Part shown: positions 1 to 13,299 of the stretch, in pieces
Layout: each line of letters begins with the position of its first letter
How positions within the stretch are numbered: position 1 is the stretch's first letter
NCBI GenBank assembly: GCA_964016885.1
Contig: OZ024742.1
Span: 194,990,001-195,054,000, forward strand
Origin: Eledone cirrhosa
Taxonomy: Eukaryota
DNA length: 64,000 bases
Direction: 5' to 3'
Notes under the pieces: model-generated
Told to the model about the DNA's origin: nothing
The model's input: the letters and a program-made list of their open reading frames with translations, nothing else
Database searches by the model: none
Made by a program: the position numbers and the translations under genes

Positions 1-2415
1 AGAGATGGGTAAGTTTTCTAGGCAGCTGACGGAATATATTTTTTACCTATTAACATACATGTTAAACTGACCAATTAAGAAACGAAACAATACCGAAATG
101 TATTCTTCCACAACATAAACGAATAATTATACTTTTTCGGGGAAGAATCTTTACACATTTCAAGCGTTTGGTTAAATGCCAACTCAAGCAAAGATGTTTC
201 TTAAACGAAAACGAAACCCTAAGAGAGGTTTCTGTATTCATTTGTATTTTCAGGAATTTTGGGAGAACAGACATAGGGAACTTTCTTTGCGCAGAGTAAA
301 ACTTCAGCCAATATCCACTTTATTTTGCTCTTACAAACTCTATTGGAACGTATGTAGAATATTCAATCTGCGTGTTATCAAATTCTTCGGATATTCGCCT
401 CTCTTATCTCTATATAAACTGTATTCTATTAAATGATTGCTTCTTCTATATTTCCTGCGTGTGATAAAGCACGAAACATTGAATAATAGAAGGTCTTTCT
501 TATCTCCAAGTAAAAATACAGCATAATTTCTTTCTGTAAGGTAAATTCACACGTACACACACACACGAACACACACGAACACAAACGTATACACGCACAA
601 ACGTACACACACACACAAACACACGCACACAAACACACACACATATTTTCCATATTAACAATAAGCCATTCTCGAGACATGATAAAAGAATGGTATGTTT
701 TCAGCATAGAACATAAGTGTTTCGTTGAAATGTTCGACCCTCATTAAATTCACACAACGTTTATTCTAAAACGGGAAGTCATTATATAATATATCCATGA
801 AGAAGCAAAGGTCACGCTTAATAAAACAATGTGACTATAAAATGTATGCTGGAATATTCTTAGACAGTTATTCTTAATCTTATATATTTTCTTAACTTGA
901 AAATGTATCCGTCTACCATAATTTTCGGTCGTTATACTCATTGATGGCTTGCGTTGTAAATTCAGATTCGTGCTTTACCACAAAAGCAACATACACATAT
1001 TGCCAAGTCCATTAAGCCCTTTTGTACACCACCATCTCAATTCATCCCCAGTTTTGTGCTACAAACTGAATAGTTTAATGTGTTTATGTTTAACTAAAAA
1101 CATTCTGGTTTCTAATGTTGGCACAAAGCTAGAACTTTCTTGACTGGTTCTTCATTTTATCAACCTCGAAAGGATGAAGGACAAAACTGACCTCGATGTA
1201 TTAGGACTTAGAATTTTAAGAGCCGAAAAAATGCTTCAAATTTTTTCTTCAGACTATCTAATAATTCTGCCAATCTACTGACATACACAAGCTTAATAAT
1301 TATTTTGAGCATTAACTCAAAGCCAGCAATTTTGATGAAAGAGAACGTCGGTTATATCGATTATATCGATCCCTGTACATAATTACAGTATTTTAATTTA
1401 TCGATCTCCGAAAGCATTAAACGCAGTGTAGACTTCAGCCGGATTTGAACTCAGAATGCTATAAGCTAGAATAAATACCGTAAATCATTTTATCCGACGC
1501 TCAACTGATACTGCTAATCTACTGCCCTTCAAATGATTTCTTATTTAGTCACAATGCCAGCAAATTTAGGGGTACTGGTTGATTAAATCAACTCCAGTAC
1601 TTGACTGTTGCGTTATTTTATCAATTCCAGAAGTATGAAACAAGGTTAATCTAGGTAGGATTGGAACTCAGAATATAAAGAACCAGAATAAATACCGCAA
1701 AACATTTTATCCGAATCTCTATCAACTTTGCCGGTCGTTAATAAGGCGTACGTTAGTTAAATAATCAAATACAACCAAATTCTTGATTACATTCAAAACT
1801 ACTTGGAAATCATAGGCAGTGTCTTTTGTTATAAATGTCATAATAAAAGGGTTAAATATGATTGAATTCTTCTCCAGAAACCTACATTTTTACTTTATTA
1901 TTGGCATGGTATATCATTGTATCTTTCTGTTTTGTTTGGTTTTTTTTAAATGTACTTTTGAATTAATTGTATGTATGCATGTATGTATCTATGTATGTAT
2001 ATGTGTGTGTGTGTGACTGAGAATTGGATCAATGTAAACCTCACATACGTATATAAATAAACACACACACGCAAAACACGCATTTCAAACATATCTATAT
2101 ATATATATATATACATACATATGTTTGTGTGCGCGTGTGTGTGCGTGTGTATGTGTGTGTGTGTGTAACTATGGAACCAGCATAAATATTGGCAAGGCCA
2201 TCAAAGTAAGTTCTACTAATGATATAAACAGTTGTTTTAATTTCTTTTTGTTTTCGTTGCAAGAGTAATGTTAATAGGAGAGAAGAGTCCTGATAAAATG
2301 TCTGAGGTTTAAACATCGGAGAAAACATTGCGTTGTATAGCATGAGGTTTTAGTGTGAAAGCAATGTTAATTGAAGCACCATAAAGAATGTATATATAAT
2401 CAGTTTGATTTTTAC

Positions 2416-2567
2416 CTTTACAGCTGTTAAGTTCCTTAGGCGAATCACCAATTGTATTTTGTTGGTTGACGTGTTTACTTTAATGTCAATTAATTGTTGT
2501 TTTTCTTCTGTGTTGGTCTCGTTGAATGATACTATAAAACCAACATCTCCACTTTGGTAGTTTCCTG
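2416..2567 (-). CDS. Probable coding exon 7 (TGNYQSGDVGFIVSFNETNTEEKQQLIDIKVNTSTNKIQLVIRLRNLTAVK)
   Basis: atttacag acceptor, open frame in phase 1 matching the exon 6 donor, AAG|GTAAAA donor; no domain recognised. Confidence 0.55.
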
Positions 2568-3729
2568 CTGTAAATATTGATATGTAGACACAAGGTCAAA
2601 CTTTTGTTTGGGAAGAAGGTTAGTCAATATAAATCTTCCAAGTAGGTTTTTATCTTAATTATTGAGTCCTCCCGTATCCTAGATCGAAATTAACTGCTGT
2701 CTTTTCCACCGAATCGGAACGAAGGCACCACGGCGAAGGAAGTACCTCCTATGAGATTCTCATAATAAGTATAAATGCATATACTAACCTAATCATACAT
2801 CATTCTATGAATGTATTTTTCTATTTATTTCCGTGTTTCTGTTTATTTCCGCCTATACCTAAATAGCAGTACTCTAACAAATAAATCTCCTCCCACGGTG
2901 AATAGATACATGCTGTGTGTGCGTATGTGTGTGTATACACATAAATGTGTGAGGCCTCGTGACTTACTGGTTAAGGTGTTCAGCTCACAACCGTATGGTC
3001 AAGAGGTTGTGTTGTGTTGTTGAACTAGACACTTTATTTCACATTGATCCCGTCCACTCAGCTGGCAAAAAAAAGGATTTTAACTGTGATTCAAATGGCC
3101 AGCCCTGTCACACATTGCAATACAAGAAAAGTAATGTTAATATAAAGAATGATGTGTTCATGTGCGGAGAGGCTACAAAATAGCTCATAAAATAGGATCA
3201 GGAGCATTAAAAACGGAGAAAGAAGTTGCTATTGGCAGCTGAGAGGAATCGAACCCCATATCATGGTTTAGAGAACCAAGTCAGTATCTGAGTGATATGG
3301 AGTTAGATTTCTCCAAATCGGCCAATAGCAACTTTTATCGAGTCCTCGCGCTATTTTATAAGCTATTTTATATGACCTGAGCGCATGAACACATCATTCT
3401 TTATATTAACTTTATCTTCTCAGCGCTTCGTAAAAGTACGAGATATCGGCTACGTATACACAATGAAAGTAATATTTATCATGAAAAAATATTGTTGCTA
3501 AGAGGTTTGGGCTTCAGATTATATATCGCAGATGACATTCAACAATCAACAATATGTGTTTGTTTGTGCTAAGAAAAGATATAAAACTCATTGGTTTTGT
3601 TGCGTAATGCATATTTTATTACTGCGAAGTCAACTGTAATAAAGATTTACAACACAAGCACAAAGCCAGCAATTTCTGGGAAGAATGTACTATAAATTAC
3701 ACCAAGTAGATACCACATCAACATGTTAC

Positions 3730-3773
<44 letters not shown>

Positions 3774-3856
3774 GTACAATGTTGATGTGGTACCTACTTG
3801 GTGTAATTTCTAGGACATTCTTCAGTACTATACGAACAAGCCAGACAACAACACGA

Positions 3857-4520
3857 CAGTAACATAGACAACATAGAAATTAGAATAATATCTAAACATA
3901 GAAATGACCCAGCAGATAGGCAAATCAGAGAGGCCAGTGAAATAGAACTTAGAAGGCCAAGGCTAAACAGAAAAAATGAATGGAATAACAACAACACCCA
4001 AACAAACAACACTGACCTATGAGAAGTATAAATAAATAAATAAATAGATAAATAAATAAATAAATACATACACAAGCACAATAACAACAAACACATATAA
4101 ACACACACTAGTAAAGATAGAATACATTAACCAATACACAGTCACCCAATCACGAACAGACATCAAACAAAACACTATACACAAACGCATGCGCAAAGAA
4201 GACAAAATAAAATAAACAAATAAATAAATATATAAACAGACTAAATAAAGATGGCGTAGAAAATACAATGCAACGGGAGGAAACAATAGCACCACTGACG
4301 ATGTTTCAGATGTGCAACGAAAGAACTTTGATAAACTATATATATGTGTTTGTGTCTATATTGTATCTTGTTTTTTACCGTTGGTCAGTCAATGGCAACA
4401 TTGAGGACCGAATAAATTAGATTACCGATATAAAAGACACAGAAGCCAAAAGCGAAAACCAACCAAACAGTGAGTGTGTTCTGTTATTAATTCTGGCAAT
4501 ATTAAACAAATATGACCCTA
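3857..4520 (+). repeat. Dispersed repeat, direct copy at about 7965-8630; contains a degenerate hammerhead core
   Basis: Long shared blocks (gtaacatagacaacatagaaattag...; cactgacgatgtt.cagatgtgcaacgaaaga; ...aaccaaacagtgagtgtg). Confidence 0.8.
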
Positions 4521-5167
4521 TTACACAATAATCAAACTTATGTTCAAATCATTTTATTGCTGACAATCATTTCTTCCAAACTTTGGTTTGGAGTCATCGG
4601 AGCACTAGCAATGTAGTGAACCTCCTATTCAACTGAACAATCATATAGATACAGAGTGGAGTGGATGCGACATATATTACAAGAGAATTGTACAATAATA
4701 GATATTAAAAAGCACAGAGTGGAATGCATGCGACAGATATCACAAGGGAATATTATAATAATTAAAGAGGCATTAAGGAGAAAAGTTACTCGTAAAATGA
4801 GGACACAGGCAGTACATTTGCAAGTGTGTAGTGAGTGCAATTGCGTTAGGCATATATAAAACTCAAACACATTTGCCTGCTTGATATGCTTGTAAACCTA
4901 TGTTATTTTATGTGATACCTTTGCCATACAGTAATTATATATGCCTAGTACCATTGCTTGTCTCCTTCCTAACGCATTTGCACTCTCTACACGCTTGATT
5001 GTTTCATATGTTTATTTATATGTTAATCAATTTCTAGTTGTTATAAAATGCTCGGACCTATTCATTAGAATCTTGGAGCTTATTTTACGGGTGATATGGC
5101 GCATGCCTTTCTGGCATGACACCCATAATTTTGATTTAGATTAAACTCACTTTGATTTATCTTAATT

Positions 5168-5258
<91 letters not shown>

Positions 5259-5563
5259 TACATATATATATAAGCAGAAGGGAAATTCAATTTGTTCGTA
5301 ATTCAACAAATATAAATGTTTATAACTGATTCAGAGCACTCGACAGTTTTCTGGAGTAAATATTCAATGATATTAAATAAATGGGAACTATATTTATAAA
5401 ACCATATTTATTCTATTATATATATTTCAAGGGTACCAAAAAACTTTGGTACGCTTTCATCAGATAAAATACAAAGTGTGTTTTATAAATTTTATCCAAG
5501 GTATACTTCAACTGATAAGGTATGTTCCTTGGCTATGTCAAAATTTATAAAACACATTTTATA

Positions 5564-5622
5564 TTTTATCTGATGAAAGCGTACCAAAGTTTTTTGGAAC
5601 CCTTGAAATATATATAATAGAA
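5564..5622 (+). ncRNA. Hammerhead motif in a PLE pseudo-LTR-type fold-back repeat (mirror copy about 5411-5470 on -; relatives at 60017-60072 +, 60306-60372 -, about 47600-47660 -)
   Basis: UUUUAU-CUGAUGA-long stem II-GAAA-UAUAUA-UA^AUAGAA; the 60306-60372 copy has a perfect 8-bp stem I. Confidence 0.75.
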
Positions 5623-5668
5623 TAAATATGGTTTTATAAATATAGTTTCTATTTATTAGATATCATTG

Positions 5669-5766
<98 letters not shown>

Positions 5767-7039
5767 CCAGGGAGTGTAACGTGAAGTTACTGTAGATTCA
5801 CCCAGGTGAGCACTCGATGTTTAGGTTCACGTCAGTGGCGAGGTGTAGAGCTAGATAGTGTGTATTATTATTATTAAGCCAAGGGTGGTGGATTGGCAGT
5901 ATCGGTAGACGGTCGGACGCCATGCTTTGACGCATAGAGTTACGGCCCTTGCCATTCTGAGTTCAAATCCCGCCGGAATTAACTTTGCCTTTCATCCTTA
6001 CGGGGTCGATAAAATAAAGTACGAGTAATGCACTGGGTAATTGCTGGCCTTGTGGCAAAAGTAGAAACAATTATTATTATTAAGCATTGTGCCAAAAGTA
6101 GAAACCATTATTATTATTAAAATGATTATTATATATATATATATATTTAATATAGAACTAGCTTCTACAGGACTAGAACTGTTTCATTTAGAGAAAATCA
6201 TCAGGAAAGGCTTTCCTTATGATTTCCTTCGAATGAAACAGTTCTAGTCCTGTAGAAGCCATTTCTGTATTAAATATTTATACTCTGCTATGTATTGATA
6301 ACTTGAGTACGTTACTTACCGTGGTAACCCCCGATTGAACCCGGGATAAACATATATATATATATAAGCAAAGGGATAGTTAATTTGTTGGTAATTCAAC
6401 AAATATATATATTTATAACTTATTCGAAGCACTCGACATATTTTCTGGAGTATAATATGAATAATATTAATAAATGGAAACTATATTTATAAAACTATAT
6501 TTATTCTATTATATATATTTCAAGGGTACCAAAGATTTGGTACCCTTGAAATATATATAATAGAATAAATATGGTTTTATAAATATAGTTTCCATTTATT
6601 AATATCATTGATATATATATATATATGAGTCCGGAGTCGATCGGGCGTAACCACAGTATGTAAGGAGTGTATCCAACAAATTTAATAGGGAAATAGTATC
6701 TAAAGGACTTCATTCGAAGGAAATCAGAAATAATTATTTCATTTGAATGAAACAGTTCTAGTTTTACCGAAGCCATTTCTATATTATATGTGTTGTATAT
6801 ATGTATATATATGTATATATATCTCCAAAATGTCTAACTGAATAGGGACGTGTTATTTTCCCCGTTCTTTCCTCTTCTTACTCTTTATATTTCTATTTAT
6901 CTTTTATTTGTTATTCTATCTTCTGATGAAGGACTAATGTCCAAAACGTTAAGACCCTTTTCCTGTTATTTCAAGCGTTAAACTAATATATCTCTTCAAT
7001 GTACTGTGCCATTTGTTTTGTTATTTTAAAAATATATTT

Positions 7040-7570
7040 TTAATATAATTTTTTGTTCACGGCATTGGTGTTTGTATTTATATTTAAATAATTTTTAGAA
7101 TCTAGTTTATTTATGTTAGTCTTATTTTTACCCGGTTTATAATTCAAATTAGTATTATCCAAATATTCAATATTATTTTTATAACCTGCCTTACGTAGCG
7201 CCTCATTATAGTATCCTGCTTCTTCATCAAAAATGGATTTATTACCGGATATTCTAGTTATGCGTTTCTGGACACTATTGACTATTGCATTTTTCACGGA
7301 TTTAGGGTGATTAGAGTAATAGCTAATGTAATTTAAGTTTCCATTGGGCTTATGGAAAGGGTAATAAAATCCTGAGTTTAAGTTAAGGGTGACGTCAAGG
7401 AAATTAACTATTTTAGTACTACTTTCAACTTCTAATTTCTTTCTTCTTAAAGAATTCAATTATAGTGTTCTTAACCCTATTTAGTTCTATATGCTATGCT
7501 TGATAAAAGTAAATAAAATATCGTCCCTATATAAACCACCGGTAATCTCCGGCATTTTTCTGTATTTACC
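7040..7570 (-). mobile_element. Penelope-like RT fragment (Naiad-like)
   Basis: GGLYRDD, then VNFLDVTLNL...YYPFHKPN...YIS..SNHP, homologous to the other PLEs in this window. Confidence 0.8.
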
Positions 7571-7647
7571 CTATTTAGGATAAAAATACCCAGAAGATCG
7601 GTATCCTGCGCTAGTCCGATGATCCCATGGTAATGTCAAAATGTATG

Positions 7648-7861
<214 letters not shown>

Positions 7862-8907
7862 ATATATATATATATACATAAATTCATTGGATTCTCTAAT
7901 TGCATTTTATATATATATATATATATATATATTATTTATTAGTTTTGCGATTTATTAGTTTTGCGGTAACATAGACAACATAGAAATTAGAATAATATCT
8001 AAACATAGGAATGACAATCAGAGAGGCCAGTGAAATAGAAATTAAAAGACCAAAGCTAAACAGAAAGAATGAGTGGAACAACAACAACACCCAAACAAAC
8101 AACACTGACCTAAGAGAAGTATAAGTAAATTAAATAAAATAAAATAAGATAAATAAATACATACACAAGCACATAAACACACACTAGTCACCCAGCAGAC
8201 ACAACACTATACACACTAGTCACACATCACACATAACACTATACACACACGCAAACGCATGCGCAAAGAAGACAAAATAAAATAAGATAAACAAACAAGC
8301 AAATAAATAAATAAATATATAGACAGACTGAACAAAAAAAAAATGGCGTAGACATACAACACAACAGGAGGAACAATGAATATAACACCACTGACGATGT
8401 TGCAGATGTGCAACGAAAGATTTATGTAAATTATGTAAACTATATATATATGTGTTTGTCTATATTGTATCTGTATTATTTTTGACCGCCGGTCAGTCAA
8501 TGGCAACATTGAGGACCGAGTAAGTTAGATCGCAGATATATATATATAAAAGACAGCGAGAAGCGAAAACCAACCAAACAGTGAGTGTGTTCTGTTATTA
8601 ATTCTGGCAATATTACGCAAATATGACCCTCCCCAAATATAACAATATATATATATATATATATAATAAAGATGAAATAGAAGATGGTTATAAGAGTTAC
8701 ATATATTTTCTTATAACCAGCTTTTATTTCATCTTTATTATATATACTCCAGTTCTACCAACTGTCAAGTGCTACTTATCTGATATATACATAGTTTTAT
8801 TTTTCTACAATATTACTCACCTTCTATATATATATATATAGGAGGTGAGTGATATTGTAGAACAATAAAACTATGCATATATCAGATAAGTAGCACTTGA
8901 TATATAT

Positions 8908-9028
<121 letters not shown>

Positions 9029-9029
9029 A

Positions 9030-9080
<51 letters not shown>

Positions 9081-9085
9081 TATAT

Positions 9086-11572
9086 AAACAATTAAGTTAA
9101 AAATGTACATCTACATATGCATACTGAAATACTAGTGTGTATATGAATACACACACGTATACATATGTAGGTGTACCAAGTCTTTCACTGGATGCTTTAC
9201 TGTGAGCAGCCCAGCTATTCTGTATGTAAACACACAGACAAACCGGTTTTTAGAGTCATACTGGTTTTCGGGGGAACACCTTCCCTCTATTCTCCAGAAA
9301 GCCAGACAAGGAATATTGAACTAGTTTCGTTGTTGTTACAACTCATCAGCAATATTTACCTATCTACCGGCGCTTCTGGAGAATTGTAAAAGCACATATC
9401 GTTATATGCTTTTTCTATGAAAATTAGTAGTGGGCAGACTAATTTGCATAGAGTGTGAGTACGCACCGGTTCAGCGGAGACGATAAAAACAAATAACGAA
9501 ACGAAATTAAATTTCGTTTCGTTTGTAACTCACTTTTGTATGACTGAAGCTTAAACAATTAAGTTAAAAATGTACATCTACATATGCATACTGAAATACT
9601 AGTGTGTATATGAATACACACACGTATACATATGTAGGTGTACCAAGTCTTTCACTGGATGCTTTACTGTGAGCAGCCCAGCTATTCTGTATGTAAACAC
9701 ACAGACAAACCGGTTTTTAGAGTCATACTGGTTTTCGGGGGAACACCTTCCCTCTATTCTCCAGAAAGCCAGACAAGGGATATTGAACTAGTTTCGTTGT
9801 TGTTACAACTCATCAGCAATATTTACCTATCTACCGGCGCTTCTGGAGAATTGTAAAAGCACATATCGTTATATGCTTTTTCTATGAAAATTAGTAGTGG
9901 GCAGACTAATTTGCATAGAGTGTGAGTACGCACCGGTTCAGCGGAGACGATAAAAACAAATAACGAAACGAAATTAAATTTCGTTTCGTTTGTAACTCAC
10001 TTTTGTATGACTGACGCTTAAACAATTAAGTTAAAAATGTACATCTACATATGCATACTGAAATACTAGTGTGTATATGAATACACACACGTATACATAT
10101 GTAGGTGTACCAAGTCTTTCACTGGATGCTTTACTGTGAGCAGCCCAGCTATTCTGTATGTAAACACACAGACAAACCGGTTTTTAGAGTCATACTGGTT
10201 TTCGGGGGAACACCTTCCCTCTATTCTCCAGAAAGCCAGACAAGGAATATTGAACTAGTTTCGTTGTTGTTACAACTCATCAGCAATATTTACCTATCTA
10301 CCGGCGCTTCTGGAGAATTGTAAAAGCACATATCGTTATATGCTTTTTCTATGAAAATTAGTAGTGGGCAGACTAATTTGCATAGAGTGTGAGTACGCAC
10401 CGGTTCAGCGGAGACGATAAAAACAAATAACGAAACGAAATTAAATTTCGTTTCGTTTGTAACTCACTTTTGTATGACTGACGCTTAAACAATTAAGTTA
10501 AAAATGTACATCTACATATGCATACTGAAATACTAGTGTGTATATGAATACACACACGTATACATATGTAGGTGTACCAAGTCTTTCACTGGATGCTTTA
10601 CTGTGAGCAGTAAATTTGTTTTTATCGTTATTTGTTTTTATCGTCTCCGCTGAACCGGTGCGTACTCACACTCTATGCAAATTAGTCTGCCCACTACTAA
10701 TTTTCATAGAAAAAGCATATAACGATATGTGCTTTTACAATTCTCCAGAAGCGCCGGTAGATAGGTAAATATTGCTGATGAGTTGTAACAACAACGAAAC
10801 TAGTTCAATATTCCTTGTCTGGCTTTCTGGAGAATAGAGGGAAGGTGTTCCCCCGAAAACCAGTATGACTCTAAAAACCGGTTTGTCTGTGTGTTTACAT
10901 ACAGAATAGCTGGGCTGCTCACAGTAAAGCATCCAGTGAAAGACTTGGTACACCTACATATGTATACGTGTGTGTATTCATATGCACACTAGTATTTCAG
11001 TATGCATATGTAGATGTACATTTTTAACTTAATTGTTTAAGCGTCAGTCATACAAAAGTGAGTTACAAACGAAACGAAATTTAATTTCGTTTCGTTATTT
11101 GTTTTTATCGTCTCCGCTGAACCGGTGCGTACTCACACTCTATGCAAATTAGTCTGCCCACTACTAATTTTCATAGAAAAAGCATATAACGATATGTGCT
11201 TTTACAATTCTCCAGAAGCGCCGGTAGATAGGTAAATATTGCTGATGAGTTGTAACAACAACGAAACTAGTTCAATATTCCTTGTCTGGCTTTCTGGAGA
11301 ATAGAGGGAAGGTGTTCCCCCGAAAACCAGTATGACTCTAAAAACCGGTTTGTCTGTGTGTTTACATACAGAATAGCTGGGCTGCTCACAGTAAAGCATC
11401 CAGTGAAAGACTTGGTACACCTACATATGTATACGTGTGTGTATTCATATACACACTAGTATTTCAGTATGCATATGTAGATGTACATTTTTAACTTAAC
11501 TGTTTAAGCGTCAGTCATACAAAAGTGAGTTACAAACGAAACGAAATTTAATTTCGTTTCGTTATTTGTTTT
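9086..11572. repeat. Tandem array of a 467-bp hammerhead-containing unit (retrozyme-like array A): about 3.3 units, then about 2 inverted units, flanked by (TA)n
   Basis: Near-identical ORFs recur at 9171/9638/10105 (+) and 10953/11420 (-), period 467; orientation switch at about 10610-10630. Confidence 0.95.
9312..9356 (-). ncRNA. Type I hammerhead ribozyme, array A (also 9779-9823 and 10246-10290 on -, 10768-10812 and 11235-11279 on +)
   Basis: AAUAUUG-CUGAUGA-GUUGU(AACA)ACAAC-GAAA-CUAG-UU^CAAUAUU: 7-bp stem I, 5-bp stem II, palindromic ACUAGU stem III, GUU cleavage triplet. Confidence 0.9.
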
Positions 11573-12024
<452 letters not shown>

Positions 12025-13241
12025 TTTAGGAATAACCAAAGAATGTTTAGAAATACACTGTTTTATTTGCTAACAGTGTTTCATCCATACTCTATGGCAG
12101 GAATCATCAGAACCTATAAACAAAAATATATCAAAGGTTGCAGGCTCCATCGCACTCAGTCACCAGAACAAGGATAAAGGTCAAGTAGGGCGGTCCCAAG
12201 GCCAGCGCTATATAGAGAAACACACAATACATGACGCATATAATGTCATAAAAAATTACATCAAAAGTTTATCACATAAATGGTGCAATAGATCATAAGG
12301 AGGTTGAGAGAGGATAGCAAGAAATGAGTGAGGGTGTTACTCAGCATGATAAAAAAAAAACAAAAAAAAACAAAGCATAGACAAATCAATTCTCAAGCAG
12401 TGCAAATACAGGATGTACAGACAGAGTATGAAAGCTTGCAAGCATGAATCAGTGAAAAGAAAAGTTGGTTAGCTGTGGTGCAGCTGTACATGTAGGATTT
12501 CTATAGGAAGGATAGTGCACTCCAGTTATACCGCCCTGTAACAGGTCGATTTCTCCATATCATACCAACACCCTCCATCCATTGGTTCAGTTCCAAGCGT
12601 TAGGCGATATAATACTATGTTTCCAAAACATATACCCAGAGGATTTCTCCACATAGGGAGTCTGCAATAAACACCTTAAATCTAAAATAAAGAAAAGTAC
12701 AATGAGGTGAAGTAAAGTAGAGTACATGTACTGCCGGCACTCCAGTGAAGAAAGTGAAAATAAGACAGGTCCGCAATATCTGCTATCTCCCAAAGTCCTC
12801 ACGTTCGGTCACGCAACCCAAAGTCCCAAGTGAAATACACTGTATGGCCGAGTCGGCATCGAACTAAAGTGCCATACCATATGCAAACATACCACAGTAA
12901 ATAATATTCGTGATGGCTAGTCAGTCGCGTAGACAGAAAGCGTATATAGAAAACTCCGCTTACGGAATTACCTATGGCAGAGTGAAGGAAAAGCAGTTAT
13001 GGTTACATTAATAAGCAGGCTTATTAGAGCGAGTGTAAATTTCTGTTATGTGCAAGTACTGTAGAATATATAGTAAACTCACGGCTAAAACTGTTAATGA
13101 CAACTATGTTGTTTACATGTCCGCCACGTGATTTTCGTGTGTTTCTCTATATAGCGCTGGCCTTGGGACCCGCCTACTTGTCCCTTATTCTTGTTCTGGT
13201 GACTGAATTCGATGGAGCCTGCAACCTTTGAAATATTTTTG

Positions 13242-13299
13242 TTTATAAGCTCTGATGATTCCAGCCATAGGGTATGGATGAAACACTGTTAGCGAATAA
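13242..13299 (+). ncRNA. Hammerhead motif in the right arm of the 12020-13343 inverted repeat (mirror about 12065-12120 on -; relative at 15668-15726 +)
   Basis: GCU-CUGAUGA-UUCCAGCC(AUAG)GGUAUGGAU-GAAA-CACUG-UU^AGC; 15668 copy: GCU-CUGACGA-AUCCUACG(GUUA)CGUAAGGAA-GAAA-CAUUG-UA^AGC. Confidence 0.7.

Noticed and set aside
46-2300. Possible further exons of the CUB gene (acceptors near 2291, 1882, 536, 200)
   Set aside because: No consistent phase-compatible chain or recognisable domain could be built
9171-9389. Repeated 72-aa ORF in array A and 66-112-aa ORFs in array B
   Set aside because: Mostly non-ATG or low-complexity starts, and no peptide conservation between the homologous arrays although RNA structure is conserved
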